Source: Octopus bimaculoides (Eukaryota). Taken from it: a DNA stretch of 45,123 bases. The notes under the pieces were generated by a model. The model searched no databases. It had not been told where the DNA came from and saw only the letters and a list, made by a program, of their open reading frames with translations. This document shows positions 1 through 11,328 of the stretch, one piece after another (positions within the stretch are counted from its first letter, which is position 1; each line of letters opens with the position of its first letter). The translations under genes and the position numbers were made by a program. The stretch spans positions 64,776,099 to 64,821,221 of the forward strand of contig NC_068990.1 of the NCBI RefSeq assembly GCF_001194135.2, read 5' to 3'.

Positions 1-152
1 AAAGGCTCTTTTTTGGCTAACTTTTTTCAAAGGCGTTTTGATTAATTATTTTATACTAATTCTTTTTGTCATAATTGCAAAAAAACCTCGATTTTGCTTT
101 TATACACCATTTCACAAAGTGTTGATCAGCTGTTTCAGCTATACTGTCACTA

Positions 153-1393
153 CGAGGAGGTACCCAAAAGTAACCGGAAACGTTCTCTGTGGGACAAACC
201 CGTTGTAGTTCAGGTTTCCGCATCTAGAAACCTCTTGATGCGACCCTCAGGGATCAGTTTGCCGACCAGCATCGTCGGGTGCGATCGTACTGTCACGTGG
301 TGCGTCTTTGTTTTGCAGTGCTTCTCTCCTATTCGTCGATTTGTTCGATGGCTGAAACAAAAGAACAGGTTGCTCCCGTAAAATTCTGTTTTGTGCCGGA
401 GAAAACAGCGGCGGAAACAGTTGTCCTGTTTCAAGCAGCTTACAAGGACGCTGCCTTGAGCAAAACACAAGTTTCCGATTGGTTTTCACGCTTTAGGAAT
501 GGTCGCTTGTCGCTTGAAAACCAATGTCGTTCAGGGCGACCGTCAACCTCCCAAACGAGTGAAAAGACCACGAAAATTCATGATCTGATCTTGGAGGACC
601 GTCGCTGAACAATTGATGAACTTCTCGATATGACTGGTGTGTCCTGGAGCTGAACTGCGAATGAAAAAAGTTGCAGCAAAATTTGTTTCTCGCTGGCTCA
701 CAGAAGATCAAAAGCAATCACAACTGAATGTGTGTCATGAACTGAAAGAACAGTTGGAAGTTGATCCAGACTTTTTCTCGAAAGGTTATCACTAGTAACG
801 AAAGCTGGTGCTACGGCTACGACCCAGAAACGAAACAGCAATCAAGTCAGTGGAAGCATTTGATGTCACCATATCCCCAAAAAGCACGTCAAATGAAATC
901 CAATATCAAGACGATGCTGATTTGTTTCATCAATGCGAAAGGAAGTGCCCACACACAATTTGTTCCTCCTGGTCAAACTGTTAACCAGACATTTTATTTG
1001 GCAGTTCTGAAGCATTTGTGAGACAAAGTGGGGAGTGCTGGTTTCATCATGACAATGCGCCTGCGCACACCACCTTGAGTGTGAGACAGTTTTTGACCAA
1101 AAATGGCATGACCCCGCTTACTTATTCTCTCCTATTTACCCAATATTGTTCCCTGGAACTTTTTTTTGTTCCCCCGAATGAAAAAAAGTCCTTAAAGGAA
1201 AACATTTTGCAGATGACGAAGAGGTGAAGAAAAAAACGACCGTGGCGTTGAAAGGGATCACTTCGCCTGTGTTGCGGGATTACTTCTGGACCGATGTATT
1301 GCTTCAAATGGAGAATACTTTGAAGGCGGTAAAAGTGTAAACATGTAAAACTAAATGAATTATATTGCAAAATTCCAGTTTCTTTTGGGTACA

Positions 1394-1399
<6 letters not shown>
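153..1399 (+). mobile_element. Mariner DNA transposon, near full length, decayed
   Basis: Left TIR cgaggaggtacccaaaagtaaccggaa follows TA (151-152). Right TIR ttccagtttcttttgggtacaccctcg (1373-1399) is its imperfect reverse complement. Internal frames carry mariner transposase motifs. Confidence 0.93.
348..1348 (+). pseudogene. Mariner transposase pseudogene (frameshifts and stops)
   Basis: MAETKEQ...WFSRFRNG...RSGRPSTS (HTH), VITSNESWCYGYDPETKQQSSQW (first catalytic D region, mutated), HHDNAPAHT (second D), C-terminal EYFEG; split across ORFs 279-608, 761-1021 and 1018-1227. Confidence 0.92.

Positions 1400-1462
<63 letters not shown>
1400..1462. repeat. (TG)n microsatellite
   Basis: Pure dinucleotide run abutting the mariner right TIR. 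Confidence 0.98.
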
Positions 1463-1464
<2 letters not shown>

Positions 1465-2130
1465 CCTTAACGATTTAAAAAAAATTTCCTCTTCATATTA
1501 TCTTGATTTTACCACTCTTCTCTTCAACTTTTGCATATGGAGACTGTTCTCTCTCCTTCACCTCTATGTTTTCTTTTTCCTTTTCCTCTTTTTCCATTCT
1601 GTCTGGTGCATAATTCTATATACCTTTATTCTTTATTTTGCCCTTTCCCCCCATAGATACTTTCTCCATTATGTTTATAATATCTTAATATGGTGAAGAT
1701 TCTACTATGCGACATAATTTATGCACTCTTTTCTGCATTTTTTTCTTTTCACTATATTACTTCTAAATTTTAGCATCTTCTTTTTCGTTCTCGTCTTGTT
1801 ATAATTGTTAATTCTTCTTTTGGAACCATCTTTACATTTTCTTCTTGTCTATTTCCAAGTATATATTTTGAAGGTTCCGTTGCTCTATCACTTATTTATA
1901 TTTTATTTGTACTTTGACAGACAAGCTTTGCAAACTGCCATGTTAAATGTTACACTTTATATCATATGTGCTTAAATCTTGGAATTTCAGTATTTAGAAA
2001 TTTCATTTTGTCCGAATATATATTATTTATACAAAGTTGTAAAGTGAGATAAAATATAATCACGCCCCAAAGCGATAACGTAAAACTAGAAAGAAGGGCG
2101 GTATAAAATTTGTTTCAATAATTGCTGCTA

Positions 2131-2350
2131 ATATTGGTTTCAAGTTGTGGTACAAGGTCAGCGATTCCGGGACAAGGGGGAAGTCGATTACATTAACACC
2201 AGTGCTCAATTGGTACTTATTTTATTGATCACGAAAAGATGAAAGGCAAAGTCGACTCCAGCGGAATTTGAACGCAAAATGTTAAATCAAACGAAATGCC
2301 GCTAACCGTATTGCCCGGAATGCTAACGATTCTACCAGCTCACCCCCTTT
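2131..2350 (-). mobile_element. tRNA-derived SINE, family A (octopus-type)
   Basis: Reverse complement reads gagctggtagaatcgttagcattccggg...gttcaaattccgctggagtcgactttgcctttcatc, i.e. A/B-box head plus the central domain shared with copies at 24535, 26217, 40750 and 40965. Confidence 0.85.
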
Positions 2351-2382
2351 GAACGGAATTCTTTGATATACATATACATAGA

Positions 2383-3515
2383 CATGACAGAAGTAAAAAG
2401 ACACACTTATAATCATTAAAATTTATTTAAATCTGAAATTATACATTCAAGTTATTTATTTATTGTTATAATGTGAATATCTAATATTTAGTAGACATGC
2501 CCTTTGCATTTTTCAATGCAAGGACCCTATTAGATATGTTAATGATCAGATGACGAATACTCTCTTGTGGAATTTCTTACCAAGTTTCATGCAGTAATCT
2601 CAAAAGATCTGGCTTTGAAGATGCTTTCTTGTTCTTTTTATGAAGTGTCCTGTCCATTATGCCTCAGAGGTGTTCCTTAGGGCTCATATCTGGTGACAGG
2701 CTTGGCCACAGAAGCTTTTTAATGCCATTCTCATCCAACAAATCTTGTCATTTTAGCCATAAATAAAGAGTTTTCACCACTGGAGAAGATTGGAAGGAGT
2801 CCTTTCTGCAATATGGACATATATTTATCTGACTTTATGTTTCCCTCACACTCCACCAGCTCTGAGTGACCATTGCTCCAAATTGCTCCTCAGACCATCA
2901 CAGAATAGCTGCCATGTTTCTTTGTTGGCTGCAATCTATTCACATCAAATTCTTGATCACAGAGTCTCCAGACTCACATTCGACCACTATCAGAAAATAC
3001 AGCATATCTGGACTCATTGGAGAATATGACAGTATCCCCAAATGTTAGTGACCTCTCCATCATCTCACTGGCCCAATCTTTTCCCCGCTTGATGTTGGCT
3101 GGTCGAAGAAATGGCTTCCTTCTTGCTGCTCTGCCATAGTAACCAAGTTTGTGGAGATACCTGACAGCTGTTCTGAGACTGACATCAACTTGTTCTGCCA
3201 TGTCAGAGGCCTTGCAACGGGGATTATCCTCCACACGTCTCTTAAAAAAGAGAAGGGTCCTGCCAGAAAGCCTTGGTCAACCTGGGCGAGGTGATGTGGA
3301 CTCCTACCTCTCTGTGGTGAATTGCACAATCACTATTAACTGTAGAAAGAGGGATCCCAAGATTTTCTGCGATTTCACGCTGATTATGTTCACCTTTAGA
3401 TTGACCCACATTTTTTTTTCTATGAATATAAACCTTTTTTCTGTGAATATAAACCTTTACAAGTTAGAATAAACATAAAACAATGTTTATGGGGTTTCTA
3501 TTTACTTCTGTCATG
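2383..3515 (-). mobile_element. Tc1-like transposon with both TIRs, decayed
   Basis: TIR catgacagaagtaaaaagacac (from 2383) matches the reverse complement of gtttctatttacttctgtcatg (ending 3515) at 20/22; TA follows at 3516-3517; transposase remnant inside. Confidence 0.88.
2481..3370 (-). pseudogene. Tc1 transposase pseudogene
   Basis: EDNPRCKASDMAEQVDVSLRTAVRYLHKLGYYGRAARRKPFL (HTH), VIFSNES (normally VIFSDES), WPSLSPDMSPKEHL (WPxQSPDLNPIEHLW), C-terminal AKGMSTKY* with stop at 2481-2483. The 5' limit is approximate. Confidence 0.9.
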
Positions 3516-3638
3516 TATACATAATACATACAAACATACATATACATACATACATACAAACATACATACATACATATATACATACATACAAACATACATA
3601 CATACATACATACATACATACATACATACATACATACA
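3516..3638. repeat. (TACA)n microsatellite
   Basis: Tetranucleotide array between the Tc1 right end and an R4/Dong fragment. Confidence 0.97.
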
Positions 3639-3906
3639 ATAATCAGAGCACTAGGTTTTGTTAGTAAATGCTTAAAGGAGAATCTGGATAAACTGGGATT
3701 TTCAGAAAGAGAAATTGACCGGCTGATTCGTACATTACAAGTCCAATTTGTGAGTGGAACAGTAAAAATATGCAAGACTTTTCTCAAGTTCGAAATGTAA
3801 ATTTGTCTGTGTTAACTACATCCCAAAGATGGAACCTTGTATCTTTGTTGGAAACCGGCTCCCTCCTCAGTGGAAGATTTATCATAATTAAAAAAAAACA
3901 GAAAAG
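3639..3906 (+). mobile_element. R4/Dong-type non-LTR retrotransposon, 5'-truncated 3' end (TACA-associated lineage)
   Basis: IIRALGFVSKCLKENLDKLGFSEREIDRLIRTLQVQFVSGTVKICKTFLKFEM* is the RLE C-terminus; 3' UTR motif gaaaccggctc is shared with the 12662-14104 copy; ends in gacatacata. Confidence 0.85.
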
Positions 3907-3924
3907 ACATACATATATATTTAA

Positions 3925-4100
3925 AGAAAGAGAGAGAGAGAGAGACAAAGAGAGAGATAGACAGAGAGAGAGAGACAGACAAAGAGAGAGAGACAGACAG
4001 AGAGAGAGAGAGAGAGACAGACAGAGAGAGAGAGAGAGAGACAGACAGAGAGAGACAGAGACAGAGAGAGATAGAGAGAGACGGAGAAAGAAAGTAGGAG
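3925..4100. repeat. Compound (GA)n/(GACA)n microsatellite
   Basis: Direct inspection. Confidence 0.95.
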
Positions 4101-4222
4101 AGTGATATAGAGAGAATTAACAGAAGCGGTGCAGGATGAGTACTCATACTTGCCTTGGTGGTAGGCAATGAGTAAAGGAACGCTACATATTCAAAGAGAT
4201 AAAGAAAATAATTGTAGAGACA

Positions 4223-4316
4223 GAGGAGGAGGAGGAGGAGGAGGAGAAGAAGAAGAAGAAGGGAAGGGATGATGATGAGGAGGAGGAGGAGGAGGAGGAA
4301 CAGGAGGAGGAAGAGG
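4223..4316. repeat. Compound (GGA)n/(GAA)n/(GAT)n repeat
   Basis: Direct inspection. Confidence 0.95.
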
Positions 4317-4791
4317 TATTATTACAAGTAGTTGGTTGTTGCTAAAAAAGACTGCAATAATTTAATATTTATTGAAATACATATTTTCCTGAGATACCGT
4401 TTTATTTTAATATTCCTTTGATGCTCTACGTTATCAGCGTAAACTTCTTTTCTTTCAACATAACTGTTCACTAGGGTATTTACTTCCTTAAAAATTTATA
4501 GAAAACTCTTCCGACTATGATGATTATAGGACTGCAATTGCTACAATAATATTTAGACACTTGCACTGTCAAGCAATATGGCATACGTAATACAATACTT
4601 ATAATTTAACTTTTATTTAGTCATCCATGATGACAACAGTATACTTCCAAAGTAACACCCCATATGACGAGTAACACTCGACTCTACATATATATATGTG
4701 TGTGTGTGTGTGTGTGTACATACATATATATAGTTTATTTATATATGTATGTATATATACATACTTACATGCATACATACATACATATATA

Positions 4792-4918
4792 CAGGCTGTC
4801 CACAAAGTCTGGGTACATGGGGATTAACACATACTTTAAGAAATTATAATTTCTAATATTTAATTGTTTATGTTATGATTTTATTTACTCCATGTACCCA
4901 GACCTCGTGGACACCCTG
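4792..4918. mobile_element. Tc1/mariner-type MITE (127 bp)
   Basis: TIRs caggctgtccacaaagtctgggtacatgg (4792-4820) and ccatgtacccagacctcgtggacaccctg (4890-4918); flanked by a TA duplication; AT-rich noncoding interior. Confidence 0.9.
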
Positions 4919-4979
4919 TACAATACAGTGCAATAAGCGAGAATTTATCAGAAGGCCTCCAGGAAAGCGAAACGACCCA

Positions 4980-5452
4980 CGTTACACGACGGAAGCAGTG
5001 AAGTTTGGGAGTAAGAGTCTGATACTTTGGGATACATAAAAAGTAATGATCAAGAAAATTAGTTAAAATTGACGGTAACTTGAATAGTGCCAAATACATC
5101 CGGTTGCTGAAGGACAATTTGATACCAGACTTGGATGAAGGTGAGATTTTTCAACATGACAGAGCTTCATGCCACAGCTCGCGTGCAACACAACAGAGTC
5201 TGGCTGATAAAAGTGTTACCGTATTGAAAGATTGGCCAGCTCAGAGCCTTGACTTAAATATCATCGAAGAAATGTGAACAGAACTAAAGAGAAGAGTTCG
5301 TCAGAAGAATCTACACAATCTTGAAGAGTTGTGGGAGCCCAGCCACAAAGAATGGCATCTCATACCTGGTGAAGGTGAAGGATTTGTACGCATCGCTTTC
5401 CTGGCGCATTGAAGCAATTATCCAAGCTAAAAGAAACCACACGAAATATTAA
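4980..5452 (+). pseudogene. Tc1 transposase DDE-domain remnant
   Basis: YTTEAVKFGSKSLILW, IDGNLNSAKYIRLL, IFQHDRASCH, WPAQSLDLNIIEEM*, C-terminal AKRNHTKY* (stop 5450-5452). Confidence 0.9.
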
Positions 5453-5471
5453 CAATGTACAGTAACTTCTA

Positions 5472-6045
5472 CGAGGGTGAGTCAAAAAGTAATGCCATTT
5501 TGTTTAGGACGGTATAAAGGTATAATTACCAACACAGGAGTATGTATCATACATCAAAATGAAACTGGTCTTCTGAGGATCACATCCCTACTTCTCAACA
5601 TAGTCATCCTTTCTCTCAATAGTAATGTTTCACCTTCGAATGAGAGCATGTATCCCTGCCCAGTAAAATTCTGTTGATTGTTCTTTGAGCCACCTCTTCA
5701 CCACAGTTTTCACTTCCTCGTCACTGGAACAATTTAGCTCTTCAGCCTATCATCTCTTCGGCCCCATGAAAGAGGGTTTGAGAGGCAAACATTATTCCAG
5801 TGACGAGGAAGTGAAAACTCTAGTGAAGAATTGGCTCAAAGAGCAGTCAGCAGAATTTTACTGGGCAGGGATACATGCTCTCATTCGAAGGTGAAACATT
5901 GCTATTGAGAGAAACGGTGACTACGTTGAGAAGTAGGGATGTGATCCACAGAGGACCAGCTTCATTTTGATGTGTGATACATGTTTCTGTGCTGGTAATT
6001 ATACCTGTCCTAAACAAAATGGCATTACTTTTTGACTCACCCTCG
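5472..6045. mobile_element. Mariner-derived fold-back MITE (inverted duplication of the 3' end)
   Basis: Perfect 35-bp TIRs (5472-5506 and 6011-6045). The inverted similarity continues inward: 5472-5733 vs 5791-6045, with a 57-bp spacer. The right arm encodes mariner C-terminus YHLFGPMKEGLRGKHYSSDEEVK...YVEK*. Flanks are TA and CA. Confidence 0.92.
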
Positions 6046-6324
6046 CAGCAATGAACATTATGTAATAAATTTTCATTATAAACATTTTTCTGTTTTAAAA
6101 CACCATATCTTGATTGGTTTATGTGAAGGAGCTAAAACTTTTGCACGGCCATTTTTGGTGGTCGTCTCACATCTTTTCCTCTCACTCAGAACCCCTACTA
6201 CAAAATATAAGGATTAGGCATGGAAATGACTCCAACAGCGCCAATGTCTCATCTGTAAAAAACGCAATGCGAAACATCCATTTATGAGTTGGCGATTAGT
6301 AGAAATTTACAATAGTTTAAAGTA

Positions 6325-6348
6325 GCCGAAGACTTTTGCGCGGTACTG
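6325..6348 (+). mobile_element. Orphan Tc1-type right TIR
   Basis: gccgaagacttttgcgcggtactg followed by TA; resembles the reverse complement of CAGTAC..GCAAAAG ends. Confidence 0.5.
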
Positions 6349-6350
6349 TA

Positions 6351-6412
6351 TCTTTTATCTTTTGCTTGTTTCAGTCATTAGAATGCGACCATGCTGGAGC
6401 ACCGCCTTGAAG
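6351..6412 (-). mobile_element. SINE family B 3'-end fragment
   Basis: ttgtttcagtcattagaatgcgaccatgctggagcaccgccttgaag matches the terminus of the copy at 12258 and the fragment at 15151. Confidence 0.75.
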
Positions 6413-6788
6413 AAAGGCTTTCAAATCAGAGAGATATGGAAACTGATAGAAACCCGTCGTATTGCGTATAGCTGCCTACGTTATTTTGTAATTTTCGTAT
6501 TAGCATTTCACTAACTCAGCCATAAATTTATACGGTAAATATATATATGACAGACTGAATTTAGCTAAACCATATGGTGATGAAGTAGACACCGCTGACA
6601 AGTCTGCAATTTACAGACGAAACTAGTCTAGCCCGGCGATTCTAGCTTCGCTAATGGGGCAGTCATCTCACCTGTCAGTATATGAAAATGTGCTTCCTTG
6701 CAGTTCTAAAAGTTTTAACTCTTATTTCTAGTAATATAGGTGCTACCCAGTACCCTCAGTCACAATTGTTTTATATTGCACATAGCTG

Positions 6789-6831
<43 letters not shown>

Positions 6832-6841
6832 NNNNNNNNNN
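6832..6841. other. Assembly gap
   Basis: N run after (TA)n. Confidence 1.
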
Positions 6842-6957
6842 AGCTCATCGACCCCAGGACTTATTCTTTGTAAGCCTAGTACTTATTCTATCGATCTCTT
6901 TTGCCGATGTTGGGGGACAAACACAGACACACAAACATATATACACACACACATACA

Positions 6958-6995
<38 letters not shown>

Positions 6996-7165
6996 CATAT
7001 ATACGACAGGTTTTTTTCAGTTTCCGTCTGCCAAATCCACTCACAAGGCTTTGGTCAGCCCGAGGAAATAGCAGAAGACACTTGCCCAAGGTTCTATGCA
7101 GTGGGACTGAACCTAGAGCCATGTGGTTCGAAAGCAAGCTACTTACCACACAGCCACTCCTACGT
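6842..7165 (-). mobile_element. tRNA-derived SINE, family B (octopus-type), with internal CA/TA array
   Basis: Minus-strand head ggagtggctgtgtggtaagtagcttgc...ggttctaggttcagtcccactgc; colinear with the 12258-12657 copy. Confidence 0.88.
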
Positions 7166-7939
7166 AAGAATATAATTTAAGTTAAAAAACAAGTTCGACA
7201 AATTCAATCATATTTTTCGTAAAAGGAGATTAGATGTTAATATGGAATAGATTATTTTTTATTGAATTCGATACACAATCGTTTCGTACAGAAAGACAAT
7301 AAATTCATTTTAAGAATCTGAGTTGTCAAAGAGTATTCATTAGTAGCACAATAAGAAAAAAATAATAATAAAAGCTAAATGAAGAAAAAAGGGGACTTTA
7401 GAATTACATGGGTATGGTGTTCTTACTAATTTTTGTAATGTGTAATTGTTCTTGGAGTCATGTCTGTTGTTCTTTGAGGTGTGTCTATTTAAAACGCGAA
7501 TTATCTTAGCTTTTTAAAGGATACGTATATAATGTTAATTACTGGTGAGGTGTATAGAGGAAAAAAGGGAAAGATAGAGGGAGAGAGAGAGTAAAATGTG
7601 TGTGGCAGAGAAGAGAAAAGTGTAAGGAAGATGTATGAGGGAAATGGAACGTTTATTAACGATGAATAAATACATTAAGACAAATGAGATGGGTTTTGAA
7701 ATTTAAAAAGTTTTAGGCAGAAAAAAAACAGTGAATAAATCGTGGTTTTTGTATGATTGATAAAATTCCCGTTTCATAACTATGACTATTTACGGTGTGT
7801 ATACAAGAGGATGTAAGTATCATTGACAATTACAATCGTTTGATGTTACAAATGGTTTAAATTGTCAGTGTTTTGAAGCGTCTATGCCAACAAGTAGACA
7901 CTAATTTTGAATGGCGATTAAATAGAAATTGGTAAATAG

Positions 7940-8240
7940 CATTTCATACGCTCCATCCATGACGCAGCACTTCAGATGAAAAACACTCTTCTCCTTGACC
8001 ACAACACAGTACACTGCAACTTAAGTTTCCGGCATGCCAAAGGCAAACCAGCCACTCTCGCTCCAGCGCATCTATTCGACAACATCAATTTTCACAAAGC
8101 AAACTGGAGATTAATTTGAACGATCTGTCACTTATCGTCTAGTCCTGCACTCACAGTTCCTTTGATATTAAACCAACATGACAGCGCTTTGAGAACATTG
8201 TCACTTATACTTGCTCAAAACACGCTCCTACTGTATGTGT
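7940..8240 (+). mobile_element. CR1/L2-type LINE fragment (end of APE endonuclease plus linker)
   Basis: Frame from 7940 reads ...LLDHNTVHCNLSF...NINFHKANWRLI*, with the (S)DHN and NFxKANW motifs. Confidence 0.7.
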
Positions 8241-8329
8241 ATGGTGAGGTGGATGTATTCGACTTATCTACTCTACTCCCTTTAAATTACGGGTCTTCTA
8301 CCAAAATTTGACTATCTACTGGTCACTCC

Positions 8330-9435
8330 ACCGTATCCATACCGGTCTTCTGTATCTGTCTTGGCGTTCGTATCTCATGCAAACTGACTGTACATTTTTC
8401 CTTCCTTCCATCTATTTCTTTTTCTGTGTGTGTGTTCTTTTCCTCTTTAAGTCTTTCTTTATACAATTATCAGCTTCGTTGATACCAGCCGTTTGCATGT
8501 TTAGCAATGGTTCCACGGCATCTTTTACATACCACCCAAAGCTGTTTTCCTTTGCTTCTACATAATCCTGGCAACTGATCGAACCTCTCCCTCCTTTGCT
8601 TCTGGACAAGTATAACCTATCAGTGTCACTCTTGGGATGGAATGCTCCGTCCACTCTCAAGATTTCCCTTGTCTTCGTATCCATGCTCATCAGTTCTTTC
8701 TTTTGCCAGTGTATGATTCCAACTCCATAAACGAAGTGATGTTATCGTCCGTGTATTTACTTCTTGGATTTTATTCCATTTAGTCAATTTTGAGCGCAAT
8801 ACCAATCTTAGTCTTCAGAAATATTCTTTCCTCGGCTGTTCTTCTTCTCCACGATTTCGTTGAAATCTGGTATGCCAAGGTATTTATTACCTTCCTTTCC
8901 AACTTGTTAAATCACTATTAGGTACTTCTATCCCTGCCAGAGATTGTACTCCTTGAGTCCGAATTCCGTCTTAACATCAGCACTAAAACAGTGGACCGTG
9001 TTCACCAAAGAACTCATTTGTGCTTCATCCTTACCATACAGCTTCAAATCATCCATGAAGAGGAGGTTGTTGATTCTTAGAGATTTTTTCCTTTAACTTA
9101 TATCTCAGCTTCATTTTCCTCATCACCAAGGTCGGCTATATTATACAAAGAGCAAGAAACAATGGAGATAAGCTATCTCCTTGGAAAATCCCTCTCCTGA
9201 TGCCCAGAGTGTCCAAGCTTTGTCCGTACGATGTCAACTCAACTATCCATCCCACTATACTTCTCTTTAGAAAATATGCTATATTCCTTGCAATTTCAAA
9301 CACTCGATGGTCCAAGAATGTGGAATCATATCGTAAGCTTTGCGGCAGTCCATCCAAGTCATTCCCAAATTTGTCTTCCTTCGCTTACAATCTTGCATTG
9401 CCATTTTGTTCATCAATAATTGGTATTTGGTACAT
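8330..9435 (-). mobile_element. R4/Dong-type RT fragment (TAA-associated lineage)
   Basis: TKYQLLMNK...WMDCRKAYDMIPHSW, GIFQGDSLSPL, LLFMDDLKLY, HPKSDTDRLYLSRSKGGRG; the 5' junction sits on (AAT)n(AGT)n. Confidence 0.92.
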
Positions 9436-9469
9436 CTGCGTACTACTACTACTACTATTATTATTATTC

Positions 9470-10580
9470 TCATTATCATTTTCTTTCAATTCTGCTTCCA
9501 TTTCTTGCCGAGTGTCTTCTTGACACCTAGGGCAGAGAAACGCATTGTATATACTGGTTGGTCATTAAAATAAGCACACCAAGTAATTAATTTACAAAGT
9601 CATGTGATAGGGAAAAAGGGGAAGAAAGACAGAGAAAATGGAGAAGAAAATAAACAAAGAAAAAGGGAAAGAAAATTTACTACAACAATGCTCTTCTGAG
9701 TACGTGTGATGTAAGACAATCTGTTGCACTTCCTGCATGGATGGTAAGCCAGGGATCATTCTTAAATAATTTTTCAGCTCCTATTTTGATCATTCTAAGT
9801 GTTCCTACAATCACTGGTATTGTAACTGTCTTTAGATGCCACATCTTTTCTATTTCGATTATCAAATCTTTATATTTTCTGAGCTTATCAAATTCTTTTG
9901 CAGACATATTATGGTTGCAGGGTATGCTCATGTCAATCAATAAACAGAACTTATTGTTTCGTCTTTCCCAACAATATCTGGTTTATTTGCTTTGATAGTC
10001 AGATCTGTACATACTGGAAAGTCCCAAAGAATCGTTACATTTTCTCCCTCAGTTACAGCCTCAGGGTGGTGCTTGTGCCATTTGTCAGCAGTTTTGATCT
10101 TATAATGCCGATACATTATCCAATGTAGATATTGGCCAACTTGATGTGTACTCTACGGGTGCTAAAACTTTACACCCAGAGATTAGATGGTCGACTGTTT
10201 CAATCCCATTGTTGCAGTATCGGTACTTTGGATCTACACCATTTTTCATTACATTGGCTTGATAGTTCCGGGTCAATAAGCTCTGATCCTGGGCTGCTAA
10301 GATAAAGCCTTCACTCTCTGCCTTTAGCCCTGAGCTCCGTAGCAACTGATGAGTGTGCTTCTGGTCTACATCAGCTTGTTTGCTACGGGCCACATATTTG
10401 CCATGCAGAAATGTTTGTTCCCACCTATCAGCCAATTGTTCAAACGCATTTTGCTTCGCTATTGACTTCACCTTCTTTACAACTACAGTTGCCGCACTTC
10501 CATCATGCTGTTCAATCTGGGTATTATGCATAAACTCACTTATTCATTAATAATTGGTCTTTGGTACCTTTGCATCACCC
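9470..10580 (-). mobile_element. R4/Dong-type element, internally deleted, with RLE domain and 3' UTR
   Basis: Short GTKDQLLMNK RT piece, then LHGKY, EGFILAAQDQSL, zinc-knuckle remnant YRYC...ETVDHLISGC, IDMSIP, KYKDL...IEKMW; ends in (AAT)n. Confidence 0.92.
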
Positions 10581-10584
10581 CTAT

Positions 10585-10765
10585 TATTATTATTTCTTTT
10601 TATCACAGGCTTTGTTGAACACCTGCAGTCTTGCATGCGTAGCGGGCTTGCTGCCTGCAGCCTACCGTACCATGCTATCCGTTCGTTTCAGCTATCTAAT
10701 ACTTTCCTGATTATTCTGGCTGTGCCAAGGAGGCAAACTTTTTGTAACAGTTCTACTGGGTACTC

Positions 10766-10770
<5 letters not shown>
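10585..10770 (-). mobile_element. R4/Dong-type extreme 3' end
   Basis: IEYPVELLQKVCLLGTARIIRKVLDS*, then 3' UTR and aaataataataata tail. Confidence 0.88.

Positions 10771-10824
<54 letters not shown>
10766..10824. repeat. (TAA)n microsatellite running into a gap
   Basis: Direct inspection. Confidence 0.97.
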
Positions 10825-11328
10825 NNNNNNNNNNNNNNNNNNNNNNNNNNNNNNNNNNNNNNNNNNNNNNNNNNNNNNNNNNNNNNNNNNNNNNNNNNNN
10901 NNNNNNNNNNNNNNNNNNNNNNNNNNNNNNNNNNNNNNNNNNNNNNNNNNNNNNNNNNNNNNNNNNNNNNNNNNNNNNNNNNNNNNNNNNNNNNNNNNNN
11001 NNNNNNNNNNNNNNNNNNNNNNNNNNNNNNNNNNNNNNNNNNNNNNNNNNNNNNNNNNNNNNNNNNNNNNNNNNNNNNNNNNNNNNNNNNNNNNNNNNNN
11101 NNNNNNNNNNNNNNNNNNNNNNNNNNNNNNNNNNNNNNNNNNNNNNNNNNNNNNNNNNNNNNNNNNNNNNNNNNNNNNNNNNNNNNNNNNNNNNNNNNNN
11201 NNNNNNNNNNNNNNNNNNNNNNNNNNNNNNNNNNNNNNNNNNNNNNNNNNNNNNNNNNNNNNNNNNNNNNNNNNNNNNNNNNNNNNNNNNNNNNNNNNNN
11301 NNNNNNNNNNNNNNNNNNNNNNNNNNNN
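10825..11328. other. Assembly gap
   Basis: N run after (TAA)n. Confidence 1.

Larger units (their letters stand above)
4924..6152 (+). mobile_element. Tc1-like element, 3' half, interrupted by a mariner fold-back
   Basis: Transposase remnant 4980-5452; Tc1-type right end gctaaaacttttgcacggcc at about 6130-6152. The 5' limit is approximate. Confidence 0.75.

Noticed and set aside
1355-1870. Hydrophobic ORF 1355-1696, and a possible L1/Tx1 ORF1 remnant on the minus strand
   Set aside because: The ORF is (GT)n plus a pyrimidine tract; the zinc-knuckle resemblance on the other strand is too decayed to support.
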